Virus record (IMG/VR): IMGVR_UViG_2547132281_000015
Coordinates: 1-19,148 of that record
Strand: one strand, 5' to 3'
Origin: a virus
Taxonomy: Duplodnaviria > Heunggongvirae > Uroviricota > Caudoviricetes
DNA length: 19,148 nt
The position numbers and the translations under genes were made by a program. Below are positions 1 through 11,893 of this stretch, in pieces (the stretch's first letter is position 1; each line of letters opens with the position of its first letter). The notes beneath the pieces were generated by a model that searched no databases, had not been told where the DNA came from, and was given only the letters and a program-made list of their open reading frames with translations.

Positions 1-376
1 TGGTATGCCGAAAGGGATGCTGAAATTGAGAATGAAAAGCTGCGCCGGGAAGTTGAAGAACTGCGGCAGGCCAGCGAGACAGATCTCCAGCCAGGGACTA
101 TTGAGTACGAACGCCATCGACTTACGCGTGCGCAGGCCGACGCACAGGAGCTGAAAAATGCCAGAGACTCCGCTGAAGTGGTGGAAACCGCATTCTGTAC
201 TTTCGTGCTGTCGCGGATCGCAGGTGAAATTGCCAGTATTCTCGACGGGATCCCCCTGTCGGTGCAGCGGCGTTTTCCGGAACTGGAAAACCGACATGTT
301 GATTTCCTGAAACGGGATATCATCAAAGCCATGAACAAAGCAGCCGCGCTGGATGAACTGATACCGGGGTTGCTGA

Positions 377-402
<26 letters not shown>
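1..402 (+). CDS. nu1: Terminase small subunit Nu1, C-terminal fragment (5' end lies outside the window)
   Basis: Frame 1 reads ...EIENEKLRREVEELRQASE...VVETAFCTFVLSRIAGEIASILDGIPLSVQRRFPELENRHVDFLKRDIIKAMNKAAALDELIPGLLSEYIEQSG then TAA at 400-402, matching the lambda Nu1 C-terminus as I recall it. Overlaps the start of A by 26 nt as in lambda. Confidence 0.85.
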
Positions 403-4083
<3,681 letters not shown>

Positions 4084-4103
<20 letters not shown>

Positions 4104-5403
4104 TCTCCCGCATATTGCCAGCATGGCTTTTAATGAGCCGCTGATGCTTGAACCCGCCTATGCGCGGGTTTTCTTTTGTGCGCTTGCAGGCCAGCTTGGG
4201 ATCAGTCGCCTGACGGATGCAGTATCCGGCGATAGCCTGACTGCCGGAGAGGCACCCGCGGCGCTGGCGTTATCCGGTGATGATGACGGACCACGACAGG
4301 CCCGCAGTTATCAGGTCATGAACGGCATCGCCGTGCTGCCGGTGTCCGGTACGCTGGTCAGCCGGACGCGGGCGCTGCAGCCGTATTCGGGAATGACCGG
4401 TTACAACGGCATTATCGCTCGTCTGCAACAGGCTGCCAGCGATCCGATGGTGGACGGCATTCTGCTCGATATGGACACACCGGGCGGGATGGTGGCGGGA
4501 GCATTTGACTGTGCTGACATCATCGCCCGTGTGCGTGACATAAAGCCGGTATGGGCGCTGGCCAACGACATGAACTGCAGTGCAGGTCAGCTGCTTGCCA
4601 GCGCCGCCTCCCGGCGTCTGGTCACGCAGACCGCCCGGACAGGCTCCATCGGCGTCATGATGGCTCACAGTAATTACGGCGCTGCGCTGGAGAAACAGGG
4701 CGTGGAAATCACGCTGATTTACAGCGGCAGCCATAAGGTGGATGGCAACCCCTACAGCCATCTACCGGGTGATGTCCGGGAGACACTGCAGTCCCGGATG
4801 GATGCAACCCGCCGGATGTTTGCGCAGAAGGTGTCGGCATATACCGGCCTGTCCGTGCAGGCTGTGCTGGATACCGAGGCTGCAATGTACAGCGGTCAGG
4901 AGGCCATTGATGCCGGACTGGCTGATGAACTTGTCAACAGCACCGATGCGATCACCGTTATGCGTGATGCACTGGATGCACGTAAATCCCGTCTCTCAGG
5001 AGGGCGAATGACCAAAGAGACTCAATCAACAACTGTTTCAGCCACTGCTTCGCAGGCTGACGTTACTGACGTGGTGCAAGCGACGGAGGGCGAAAACGCC
5101 AGCGCGGCGCAGCCGGACGTGAACGCGCAGATCACCGCTGCGGTTGCGGCAGAAAACAGCCGCATTATGGGGATCCTCAACTGTGAGGAAGCTCACGGAC
5201 GCGAAGAACAGGCACGTGTGCTGGCCGAAACCCCCGGTATGACCGTGGAAACGGCCCGCCGCATTCTGGCAGCTGCACCACAGAGTGCACAGGCGCGCAG
5301 TGACACTGCGCTGGATCGTCTGATGCAGGGGGCACCGGCACCACTGGCTGCAGGTAACCCGGCATCTGATGCCGTTAACGATTTGCTGAACACACCAGTG
5401 TAA
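4084..5403 (+). CDS. C: Head maturation protease / minor capsid protein gpC (439 aa, S49 family), GTG start
   Basis: The ORF track extends to 3949, but the lambda-like start is the GTG at 4084 (VTAELRNLPHIASMAFNEPLMLEP...), giving 439 aa and a 20-nt overlap with the end of B, as in lambda. Confidence 0.85.
4798..5403 (+). CDS. nu3: Scaffolding protein Nu3, nested in-frame in the 3' third of C (201 aa)
   Basis: In-frame internal ATG at 4798 (MDATRRMFAQKVSAYTG...), same offset from the C stop as the lambda Nu3/C nested pair. Nested initiation is inferred by analogy, not proven by sequence. Confidence 0.7.
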   Translation: MDATRRMFAQKVSAYTGLSVQAVLDTEAAMYSGQEAIDAGLADELVNSTDAITVMRDALDARKSRLSGGRMTKETQSTTVSATASQADVTDVVQATEGENASAAQPDVNAQITAAVAAENSRIMGILNCEEAHGREEQARVLAETPGMTVETARRILAAAPQSAQARSDTALDRLMQGAPAPLAAGNPASDAVNDLLNTPV

Positions 5404-5412
5404 GGGATGTTT

Positions 5413-5745
5413 ATGACGAGCAAAGAAACCTTTACCCATTACCAGCCGCTGGGCAACAGTGACCCGGCACATACGGCAACCGCGCCCGGCGGATTGAGTG
5501 CGAAAGCGCCTGCAATGACCCCGCTGATGCTGGACACCTCCACCCGTAAGCTGGTTGCGTGGGATGGCACCACCGACGGTACTGCCGTTGGCATTCTGGC
5601 GGTTGATGCTGACCAGACCAGCACCACGCTGACGTTCTACAAGTCCGGCACGTTCCGTTATGAGGATGTGCTCTGGCCGGAGGCTGCCAGCGACGAGACG
5701 AAAAAACGGACCGCGTTTGCCGGAACGGCAATCAGCATCGTTTAA
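5413..5745 (+). CDS. D: Capsid decoration protein gpD (110 aa)
   Basis: [110 protein letters not shown], recognised as lambda gpD. Confidence 0.95.
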   Translation: MTSKETFTHYQPLGNSDPAHTATAPGGLSAKAPAMTPLMLDTSTRKLVAWDGTTDGTAVGILAVDADQTSTTLTFYKSGTFRYEDVLWPEAASDETKKRTAFAGTAISIV

Positions 5746-5762
5746 CCTTACCCTTCATCACT

Positions 5763-5787
5763 AAAGGCCGCCTGTGCGGCTTTTTTT
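5763..5787 (+). terminator. Hairpin plus T-run between D and E (partial intrinsic terminator or RNA-stability element)
   Basis: GCCGC (5767-5771), loop CTGT, GCGGC (5776-5780), extended by A/T pairs, followed by TTTTTTT at 5781-5787. Confidence 0.45.
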
Positions 5788-5800
5788 ACGGGATTTTTTT

Positions 5801-6826
5801 ATGTCGATGTACACAACCGCCCAGCTGCTGGCGGCAAATGAGCAGAAATTTAAGTTTGATCCGCTGTTTCTGCGTCTCTTTTTCCGTGAGAGCTATCCCT
5901 TCACCACGGAGAAAGTCTATCTCTCACAAATTCCGGGACTGGTAAACATGGCGCTGTACGTTTCGCCGATTGTTTCCGGTGAGGTTATCCGTTCCCGTGG
6001 CGGCTCCACCTCTGAATTTACGCCGGGATATGTCAAACCCAAGCATGAGGTGAATCCGCAGATGACCCTGCGTCGCCTGCCGGATGAAGATCCGCAGAAT
6101 CTGGCGGACCCGGCTTACCGCCGCCGTCGCATCATCATGCAGAACATGCGAGACGAAGAGCTGGCCATTGCTCAGGTCGAAGAGATGCAGGCAGTTTCTG
6201 CTGTGCTTAAGGGCAAATACACCATGACCGGTGAAGCCTTCGATCCGGTTGAGGTGGATATGGGCCGCAGTGCGGCGAACAACATCACACAGTCCGGCGG
6301 TACGGAGTGGAGCAAGCGTGACAAGTCCACGTATGACCCGACCGACGATATCGAAGCCTACGCGCTGAACGCCAGCGGTGTGGTGAATATCATCGTGTTT
6401 GATCCGAAAGGCTGGGCGCTGTTCCGTTCCTTCAAAGCCGTCAGGGAGAAGCTGGATACCCGTCGCGGCTCTAATTCCGAGCTGGAGACAGCGGTAAAAG
6501 ACCTGGGCGAAGCGGTGTCCTATAAGGGGATGTATGGCGATACGGCGATCGTCGTGTATTCCGGACAGTACGTGGAAAACGACGTCAAAAAGAACTTCCT
6601 GCCGGACAACACGATGGTGCTGGGGAACACTCAGGCACGCGGTCTGCGCACCTATGGCTGCATTCAGGATGCGGACGCACAGCGCGAAGGTATTAACGCC
6701 TCTGCCCGCTACCCGAAAAACTGGGTGACCACCGGCGATCCGGCGCGTGAGTTCACCATGATTCAGTCAGCACCGCTGATGCTGCTGGCTGACCCTGATG
6801 CGTTCGTGTCCGTACAACTGGCGTAA
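5801..6826 (+). CDS. E: Major capsid protein gpE (341 aa)
   Basis: ORF from the ATG at 5801 (MSMYTTAQLLAANEQKFKFDPLFLRLFFRESYPFTTEKVYLSQIPGLVNMALYVSP...), recognised as lambda gpE. The upstream in-frame extension from 5774 is rejected. Confidence 0.95.
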   Translation: MSMYTTAQLLAANEQKFKFDPLFLRLFFRESYPFTTEKVYLSQIPGLVNMALYVSPIVSGEVIRSRGGSTSEFTPGYVKPKHEVNPQMTLRRLPDEDPQNLADPAYRRRRIIMQNMRDEELAIAQVEEMQAVSAVLKGKYTMTGEAFDPVEVDMGRSAANNITQSGGTEWSKRDKSTYDPTDDIEAYALNASGVVNIIVFDPKGWALFRSFKAVREKLDTRRGSNSELETAVKDLGEAVSYKGMYGDTAIVVYSGQYVENDVKKNFLPDNTMVLGNTQARGLRTYGCIQDADAQREGINASARYPKNWVTTGDPAREFTMIQSAPLMLLADPDAFVSVQLA

Positions 6827-6867
6827 TCATGGCCCTTCGGGGCCATTTTCTCTCTGTGGAGGAGTCC

Positions 6868-7263
6868 ATGACGAAAGATGAACTGATTGCCCGTCTTCAG
6901 GTGCTGGGTGAGCAACTGAACCGTGATGTCAGCCTGACGGGGACGAAAGAAGAACTGGTGCTCCGTGTGGCAGAGCTGGAAGAGGAGCTTGATGACACGG
7001 ATGACGCTGCCGGTCAGGACACATCTGTCAGCCCGGAAAATGCGCTGACCGGACATGAAAATGAGGTGGTATCAGCGCAGCCGGATACCGTGATTGATAC
7101 GGCTGCTCTGGTCACGGTCGTGGCACTGGTGACGCTGCATACTGATGCACTTCACGCCACGCGGGATGAGCCTGTGGCATTTGTGCTGCCGGGAACGGCG
7201 TTCCGTGTCTCTGCCGGTGTGGCAGCTGAAATGACAGAGCGCGGCCTGGCCAGAATGCAATAA
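6868..7263 (+). CDS. FI: DNA-packaging protein FI (131 aa)
   Basis: MTKDELIARLQVLGEQLNRDVSLTGTKEELVLRVAELEEELDDTDD... with GGAGG 4 nt upstream of the ATG at 6868; matches lambda gpFI with a few substitutions relative to my recollection. Confidence 0.85.
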   Translation: MTKDELIARLQVLGEQLNRDVSLTGTKEELVLRVAELEEELDDTDDAAGQDTSVSPENALTGHENEVVSAQPDTVIDTAALVTVVALVTLHTDALHATRDEPVAFVLPGTAFRVSAGVAAEMTERGLARMQ

Positions 7264-7274
7264 CGGGAGGCGCT

Positions 7275-7628
7275 GTGGCTGATTTCGATAACCTGTTCGA
7301 TGCTGCCATTGCCCGCGCCGATGAAACGATACGCGGGTACATGGGAACGTCAGCCACCATGACATCCGGTGAGCAGTCCGGTGCTGTGATACGTGGTGTT
7401 TTTGATGACCCTGAAAATATCAGCTATGCCGGACAGGGCGTGCGCGTTGAAGGCTCCAGCCCGTCCCTGTTTGTCCGGACTGATGATGTGCGGCAGCTGC
7501 GGCGCGGCGACACGCTGACCATCGGTGAGGAAAACTTCTGGATAGACCGGATTTCGCCAGATGATGGCGGAAGCTGTCATCTCTGGCTTGGGCGGGGCGT
7601 ACCGCCTGCCGTTAACCGTCGCCGCTGA
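7275..7628 (+). CDS. FII: Head-tail connector protein FII (117 aa), GTG start
   Basis: 117-aa ORF (V/M)ADFDNLFDAAIARADETIRGYMGTSATMTSGEQSGAVIRGVFDDPENISYAGQGVRVEGSSPSLFVRTDDVRQLRRGDTLTIGEENFWIDRISPDDGGSCHLWLGRGVPPAVNRRR, recognised as lambda gpFII. Confidence 0.85.
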   Translation: MADFDNLFDAAIARADETIRGYMGTSATMTSGEQSGAVIRGVFDDPENISYAGQGVRVEGSSPSLFVRTDDVRQLRRGDTLTIGEENFWIDRISPDDGGSCHLWLGRGVPPAVNRRR

Positions 7629-8403
7629 AAGGGGGATGTATGGCCATAAAAGGTCTTGAGCAGGCCGTTGAAAACCTCAGCCGTATCAGCAGAACGGCGG
7701 TGCCCGGTGCCGCCGCAATGGCCATTAGTGCAGTTGTTACATAACTGAGTTTATGTAAGTCTTCATCATTCAGACGAGTGAGGGCTGGGACAGTAGCCAT
7801 GATGGCAGCCTCCTTGATCGGTGAAATACTTCCACCACCGGAAACGCCAATTTCGCTGGTGGTGAACTGAACGGGGTTGGCGTAACCGGTGATCAAGGAA
7901 ACCGGCGCATCTTTCGATGCCCCCGCCCAGCCCACCATAACTTTGATGTGAGCAAATGCGGACGATAAAAAAGACGCTGGCGCGTCATATATCGCCTTGA
8001 TCAATTCCAGGACGCCAATCCCGGCACCCGCTTTATAAGGTGCCTGAACAGTGTAACGTCCCGGAATGGCAGAATCAATGTGCTGGTGGTCCTTCACACT
8101 CAACAAAATCACGCCTGAATTTCCACAAAGGACTAAAGCACTCATGCGGGTAGTCTTTGCGAAGATAGATAACGCGCTGTGTTTCTGGTTCCCAACGAAT
8201 AACATGGACATAAAGCCCTCTTCCGTCACGAAACCAGCGGTTAAGTTCCCGCACAACTCGCCCCCCACAGTCAGGTAAAGTTCTCTGTGGTTACTTACAG
8301 CCAGGTGATTTGGTAATCTGCATTCATGCCGTAACAACAGGTGTTCAGCGACACTGACCACCAGCTGTTGCGACAAACGGTTATTTGCCGTTAAACTGTT
8401 CAT
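7612..8403 (-). CDS. Hypothetical early-right protein, 3' end disrupted at the rearrangement junction (native part about 7730-8403)
   Basis: 263-aa ORF whose ATG (8401-8403) overlaps the TGA of the upstream CII-like gene (ATGA coupling). Its last ~40 codons are read through the antisense of the lambda Z/FII sequence, so the true C-terminus is missing. No recognisable motif. Confidence 0.45.
   Translation of the reverse strand: MNSLTANNRLSQQLVVSVAEHLLLRHECRLPNHLAVSNHRELYLTVGGELCGNLTAGFVTEEGFMSMLFVGNQKHSALSIFAKTTRMSALVLCGNSGVILLSVKDHQHIDSAIPGRYTVQAPYKAGAGIGVLELIKAIYDAPASFLSSAFAHIKVMVGWAGASKDAPVSLITGYANPVQFTTSEIGVSGGGSISPIKEAAIMATVPALTRLNDEDLHKLSYVTTALMAIAAAPGTAVLLIRLRFSTACSRPFMAIHPPFSGDG
7640..7747 (+). 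pseudogene. Z: Tail gene Z remnant: first ~29 codons lambda-like, then divergence and stop after 35 codons
   Basis: MAIKGLEQAVENLSRISRTAVPGAAAMAI matches the lambda gpZ N-terminus (192 aa in lambda); the frame then reads SAVVTN and stops at TGA 7745-7747. No U, V, G, T, H... tail genes follow. Confidence 0.75.
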
Positions 8404-8963
8404 GCGTTAGTTTCTCCACAGACACAAAACGCCACGACGCCCGGAGCTGCACACTCGCGGGCGTCACTCTTTTCTGGAGCGCAAAAGATTTTGTAGACCA
8501 GTGCTGCATGCTCTTGGAGCTTCGAAATTGACAGATACAACTCATCATTAATTGCTGTCTGCTCGTGTGGCTCCACGACCCCATCTTCGATTGCCGAACG
8601 AATCTGCTTTGAGTAATTCCCGATCTGTTCGATGACTTCCAGCAGGCGCTGGTTTATATCGGCGTTCTCTACTTCCTCAATTTCAGGAAGCGATACGAAC
8701 ACCCCACCAGCAGACTGTGCGACAGCATCCGCAATGTAGTGAGTGCCAGCCGCGCGCTGTAAAACCATTGCCCATCCCAGCGGGAAAATCTGATCGCCAT
8801 CGGCACGAAGGCGGTTAAATAATGCGTTCTCTGTTACATCCAGCCAGTCAGCTGCTTCAGCGTAACCACCCGGCAACGCTGCGATAGTTTTTCTGACAGC
8901 TTTCACGTACCACTCAGGCTGTTTTTCTACTTTCCAGTGATACTTACCCACGGTTAGCCTCAT
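8400..8963 (-). CDS. CII-like early regulator (YdaT / phage CII family), tentative
   Basis: 187-aa ORF immediately downstream of the cro-like gene on the same strand, the position CII/YdaT occupies in Rac- and CP-933P-type prophages. Assignment rests on position, size and vague recollection of the family. Start uncertain (poor SD at 8963; alternative GTG four codons in). Confidence 0.5.
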   Translation of the reverse strand: MRLTVGKYHWKVEKQPEWYVKAVRKTIAALPGGYAEAADWLDVTENALFNRLRADGDQIFPLGWAMVLQRAAGTHYIADAVAQSAGGVFVSLPEIEEVENADINQRLLEVIEQIGNYSKQIRSAIEDGVVEPHEQTAINDELYLSISKLQEHAALVYKIFCAPEKSDARECAAPGVVAFCVCGETNA

Positions 8964-8994
8964 CGTTCTGTGGTTAAAAATTGAAGGTGTTCTG

Positions 8995-9195
8995 TTAATC
9001 TTTCGGATAGATATCCGGTCTTAAGTCAGATTTCGTAATTGCACCTGACGTGCATTGCTCAAGTTTTTTCGCCAGCACAAAACTGGCTTTTTTATAACCA
9101 TTGAAAACCAGCCGTAAGTAGCCAGGTGTTGAGCCAACTTTTCCGGCCAACTCGCCCTGCTGTTCTTTGGTTAAAGAGTCCCAATACGCTTTCAT
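8995..9195 (-). CDS. Cro-like HTH regulator (YdaS/Cro family, 66 aa)
   Basis: MKAYWDSLTKEQQGELAGKVGSTPGYLRLVFNGYKKASFVLAKKLEQCTSGAITKSDLRPDIYPKD; GGAGG about 10 nt upstream of the ATG at 9195; divergent from the cI-like gene. The longer 167-aa ORF to 9498 is rejected. Confidence 0.7.
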   Translation of the reverse strand: MKAYWDSLTKEQQGELAGKVGSTPGYLRLVFNGYKKASFVLAKKLEQCTSGAITKSDLRPDIYPKD

Positions 9196-9285
9196 ACAAT
9201 ATGTACCTCCGATATACATATTACATGATTGAAATGAACCTTCAAGATACTTGTACCTTATCGGTACAAAGGTTTTAATTTCGTT
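9196..9285. promoter_or_regulatory. Divergent cro/cI control region (pR-like and pRM-like promoters with operator-like palindromes)
   Basis: Operator-like 19-mers ATGTACCTCCGATATACAT (9201-9219) and TTGTACCTTATCGGTACAA (9251-9269, 7-bp perfect inverted arms). Candidate pRM: -35 TTGTAC 9251-9256, 17-nt spacer, -10 TTTAAT 9274-9279, ending 6 nt before the cI ATG (possibly leaderless). Candidate pR on the minus strand: -10 TAATAT at 9218-9223, -35 TTGAAG at 9240-9245. Confidence 0.5.
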
Positions 9286-9960
9286 ATGAAAACAATCCAT
9301 GACATCCGGCGGTCTAACGCCAGAAAACTGAGAGATGGTGTTGGCGGGAATTCTTCCTTTGCCACCATGATTGATCGCGAGCCAACCCAGACCAGCAGGT
9401 TTATGGGAGATGGTGCTACTAAAAATATCGGTGACAGCATGGCGCGGCACATCGAAAAATGTTTCGACCTGCCTGTCGGATGGCTTGATCAAGAACACCA
9501 GACCACGAACATCACAAAAAAACCTGATGTTTCAATCACTAACAAACAAATAACGTTAGTCCCTGTCATATCATGGGTACAGGCCGGAGCATGGAAAGAA
9601 GTTGGCTATTCTGAGGTTGATTTGAGCACAGCAGAAACTTACCCCTGCCCTGTACCCTGTGGCGAAATGACTTATATCTTGCGGGTGATTGGTGATTCAA
9701 TGATTGATGAGTACCGCCCTGGAGACATGATTTTTGTTGATCCCGAAGTCCCTGCCTGCCACGGTGACGACGTTATTGCATTGATGCACGATACAGGCGA
9801 AACCACCTTCAAGCGATTGATAGAAGATGGAACACAGCGTTATCTCAAAGCATTAAACCCAAACTGGCCTGAGCCTTACATTAAGATTAACGGTAATTGC
9901 TCTATAATTGGTACAGTGATTTTCTCGGGAAAACCAAGAAGATACACAATAAAGGCCTAA
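9286..9960 (+). CDS. cI-like prophage repressor with C-terminal LexA/S24 autopeptidase domain (224 aa)
   Basis: C-terminal half carries the S24 signature: candidate Ala-Gly cleavage site (VQAGAW), Ser nucleophile in GDSM, Lys in TFKRL. Divergent from the cro-like gene. Confidence 0.85.
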   Translation: MKTIHDIRRSNARKLRDGVGGNSSFATMIDREPTQTSRFMGDGATKNIGDSMARHIEKCFDLPVGWLDQEHQTTNITKKPDVSITNKQITLVPVISWVQAGAWKEVGYSEVDLSTAETYPCPVPCGEMTYILRVIGDSMIDEYRPGDMIFVDPEVPACHGDDVIALMHDTGETTFKRLIEDGTQRYLKALNPNWPEPYIKINGNCSIIGTVIFSGKPRRYTIKA

Positions 9961-9971
9961 TCAATATTTAT

Positions 9972-9996
9972 GAACCTGCTTCGGCAGGTTTTTTTA
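9972..9996 (+). terminator. Intrinsic terminator of the cI-like gene
   Basis: GAACCTGC (9972-9979), loop TTCG, GCAGGTT (9984-9990), then a run of T to 9996; begins 12 nt after the cI stop. Confidence 0.75.
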
Positions 9997-9999
9997 TAC

Positions 10000-10027
10000 T
10001 TGACAATGTACCCATGAGATACATAAT
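10000..10027 (+). promoter_or_regulatory. pL-like early-left promoter with embedded operator-like site
   Basis: -35 TTGACA (10000-10005), 16-nt spacer, -10 CATAAT (10022-10027). The spacer and -10 contain ATGTACCCATGAGATACAT (10006-10024), matching the 9201-9219 motif at 15 of 19 positions. Confidence 0.55.
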
Positions 10028-10445
10028 GTATCCAAAAGAAACATGAGGCAGGCAAAATTCAAACAAAATTTGGTTGTAACACGGCGTATGGCACATGCGT
10101 CGTTAGCGGTCTGGGGACGTTAAAGGGGACAATCCACTTCTTGCTCGGGCAAACAAACCAGGTAGCCGGAATGTGCAAGTCAATGATGATGCTGATAAGA
10201 CGCCTAACCAGCGTGGCGATCCGGTTTGACGCCTGGGAAGAGACCAGGGTGCAACGATGAGGGCATTTATAGAGCCGCGACAAAGTGTGGTGCCGTAACT
10301 GGCTAAGTGCTCTCAGCGTTGTGGTAATCCGCGAAATGGCGCGGCGGTAAGTATGGCGGGGTTACTCTTTCCCCGTTGAGGACACCGGATTGTCAGGTTG
10401 ACCATACGCCTGAGTGACAACCCCACCACAACAGCCACTGCTTTG

Positions 10446-10491
10446 GCGGTACCAGTTTGTACACTTGCTTCCGGCTGGTACCGCTCTTTTT
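10446..10491 (+). terminator. Intrinsic terminator (or nut/boxA-like element) at the end of the early-left leader
   Basis: Perfect 10-bp inverted repeat GCGGTACCAG (10446-10455) / CTGGTACCGC (10475-10484) followed by TCTTTTTAC. The CGCTCTTTTTACAA stretch also resembles boxA (CGCTCTTA / GCTCTTTAACAA). Confidence 0.55.
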
Positions 10492-10628
10492 ACAAAATAG
10501 AGAAGAGCATCACCGGACGACGGGCTCATAACCCAATCCATCCGGGCGGCTGCCACCGCAGGTGTTCTTCTCTGTTTTGTGGAGAAACCAACCGACCTTG
10601 CAGGGTCGATATGATGAGGAGCAGCAAA

Positions 10629-10991
10629 ATGGCTAGCGAACGCAGTACTGATGTGCAGGCATTTATCGGGGAGCTGGACGGCGGCGTATTTGAAACCAAA
10701 ATCGGCGCAGTTCTCAGTGAAGTCGCTTCCGGTGTGATGAACACGAAAACCAAAGGTAAGGTCTCACTCAACCTGGAAATCGAACCATTTGATGAGAACC
10801 GTGTGAAAATCAAACACAAACTCTCATATGTTCGCCCGACTAACCGCGGGAAAATTTCCGAAGAAGACACCACCGAAACGCTGATGTATGTCAATCGCGG
10901 TGGTCGCCTGACTATTCTGCAGGAAGACCAGGGACAATTACTGACTCTTGCCGGTGAACCTGACGGAAAACTACGCGCAGCAGGTCATTAA
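10629..10991 (+). CDS. yfdP: YfdP-like early-left protein (120 aa)
   Basis: ATG at 10629 preceded by GAGGAG (10616-10621) gives 120 aa, the size of E. coli K-12 CPS-53 YfdP, and it is followed by YfdQ/R/S/T-like genes in K-12 order. The upstream in-frame extension from 10398 is treated as leader. Confidence 0.6.
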   Translation: MASERSTDVQAFIGELDGGVFETKIGAVLSEVASGVMNTKTKGKVSLNLEIEPFDENRVKIKHKLSYVRPTNRGKISEEDTTETLMYVNRGGRLTILQEDQGQLLTLAGEPDGKLRAAGH

Positions 10992-11056
10992 TATCGTTCT
11001 TAATTAACTGATTATTTATCTCATCACTGAATATCTTTATATAGTGAGGACTTATT

Positions 11057-11881
11057 ATGTCTCAGAACTTAGACGCAACCGCAATTAATCAAATCCATGC
11101 CCTTATTTCTGCTCAGGGTGTTAATGAAATTATCAGTAATATTGGTGCCGATGCTGTGGCATTGCCTGAGAATTTCCGCATTCATGATCTGGAAAAATTT
11201 AATTTAAATCGCTTCCGTTTCCGTGGTGCGCTTTCCACTGCCAGCATCGATGACTTTACCCGTTATTCTAAAGATCTTGCAGATGAAGGCACCCGCTGCT
11301 TTATCGATGCTGATAATATGCGTGCCGTCAGTGTACTTAACCTGGGTACTATTGATGAACCAGGTCACGCAGATAACACCGCCACTCTCAAACTGAAAAA
11401 GACAGCACCGTTCTCTGCCCTGTTGTCTGTTAACGGCGAGCGTAACTCCCAGAAGTCACTGGCAGAATGGATTGAAGACTGGGCCGACTACCTTGTGGGC
11501 TTTGATGCTAATGGTGACGCTATTCAGGCAACAAAAGCGGCTGCGGCAGTCCGTAAAATCACGATTGAAGCAAACCAGACCGCTGATTTTGAAGATAATG
11601 ACTTCAGCGGCAAACGCTCCCTGATGGAGTCTGTCGAAGCGAAGACCAAAGACATTATGCCAGTGGCATTTGAATTTAAATGCGTTCCGTTTGAAGGTCT
11701 GAAAGAACGTCCGTTTAAATTACGCCTCAGCATTATCACTGGCGATCGTCCTGTACTGGTTCTGCGCATTATTCAGCTGGAGGCGGTGCAGGAAGAAATG
11801 GCTAACGAATTTCGTGATCTGCTTGTTGAGAAATTCAAGGACAGCAAAGTAGAAACCTTTATTGGTACTTTCACCGCCTGA
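11057..11881 (+). CDS. yfdQ: YfdQ-like protein (DUF2303 family, 274 aa)
   Basis: 274-aa ORF with GAGGA SD, same length as K-12 YfdQ and the same position in a yfdP-Q-R-S-T array. Family assignment from recollection. Confidence 0.65.
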   Translation: MSQNLDATAINQIHALISAQGVNEIISNIGADAVALPENFRIHDLEKFNLNRFRFRGALSTASIDDFTRYSKDLADEGTRCFIDADNMRAVSVLNLGTIDEPGHADNTATLKLKKTAPFSALLSVNGERNSQKSLAEWIEDWADYLVGFDANGDAIQATKAAAAVRKITIEANQTADFEDNDFSGKRSLMESVEAKTKDIMPVAFEFKCVPFEGLKERPFKLRLSIITGDRPVLVLRIIQLEAVQEEMANEFRDLLVEKFKDSKVETFIGTFTA

Positions 11882-11893
11882 TTTCATTACTGC

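Noticed and set aside
9196-9498. Extended 167-aa minus-strand ORF for the Cro-like protein
   Set aside because: The extension is antisense to the cI-like gene and crosses the operator/promoter region. The internal ATG at 9195 has a GGAGG SD and gives a typical 66-aa Cro/YdaS-size protein.
10043-10260. Small basic peptides in the pL leader (26 aa at 10043-10123, 29 aa at 10171-10260) as possible N-like antiterminators
   Set aside because: No Shine-Dalgarno sequences, far shorter than known N proteins (about 100 aa), and no recognisable arginine-rich motif architecture. Kept only as a caveat in the leader finding.
10398-10628. N-terminal 77-codon extension of the YfdP-like ORF
   Set aside because: The extension is Cys/His/Arg-rich, low complexity and contains the terminator hairpin. 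The ATG at 10629 has a GAGGAG SD and gives the 120 aa expected for YfdP.
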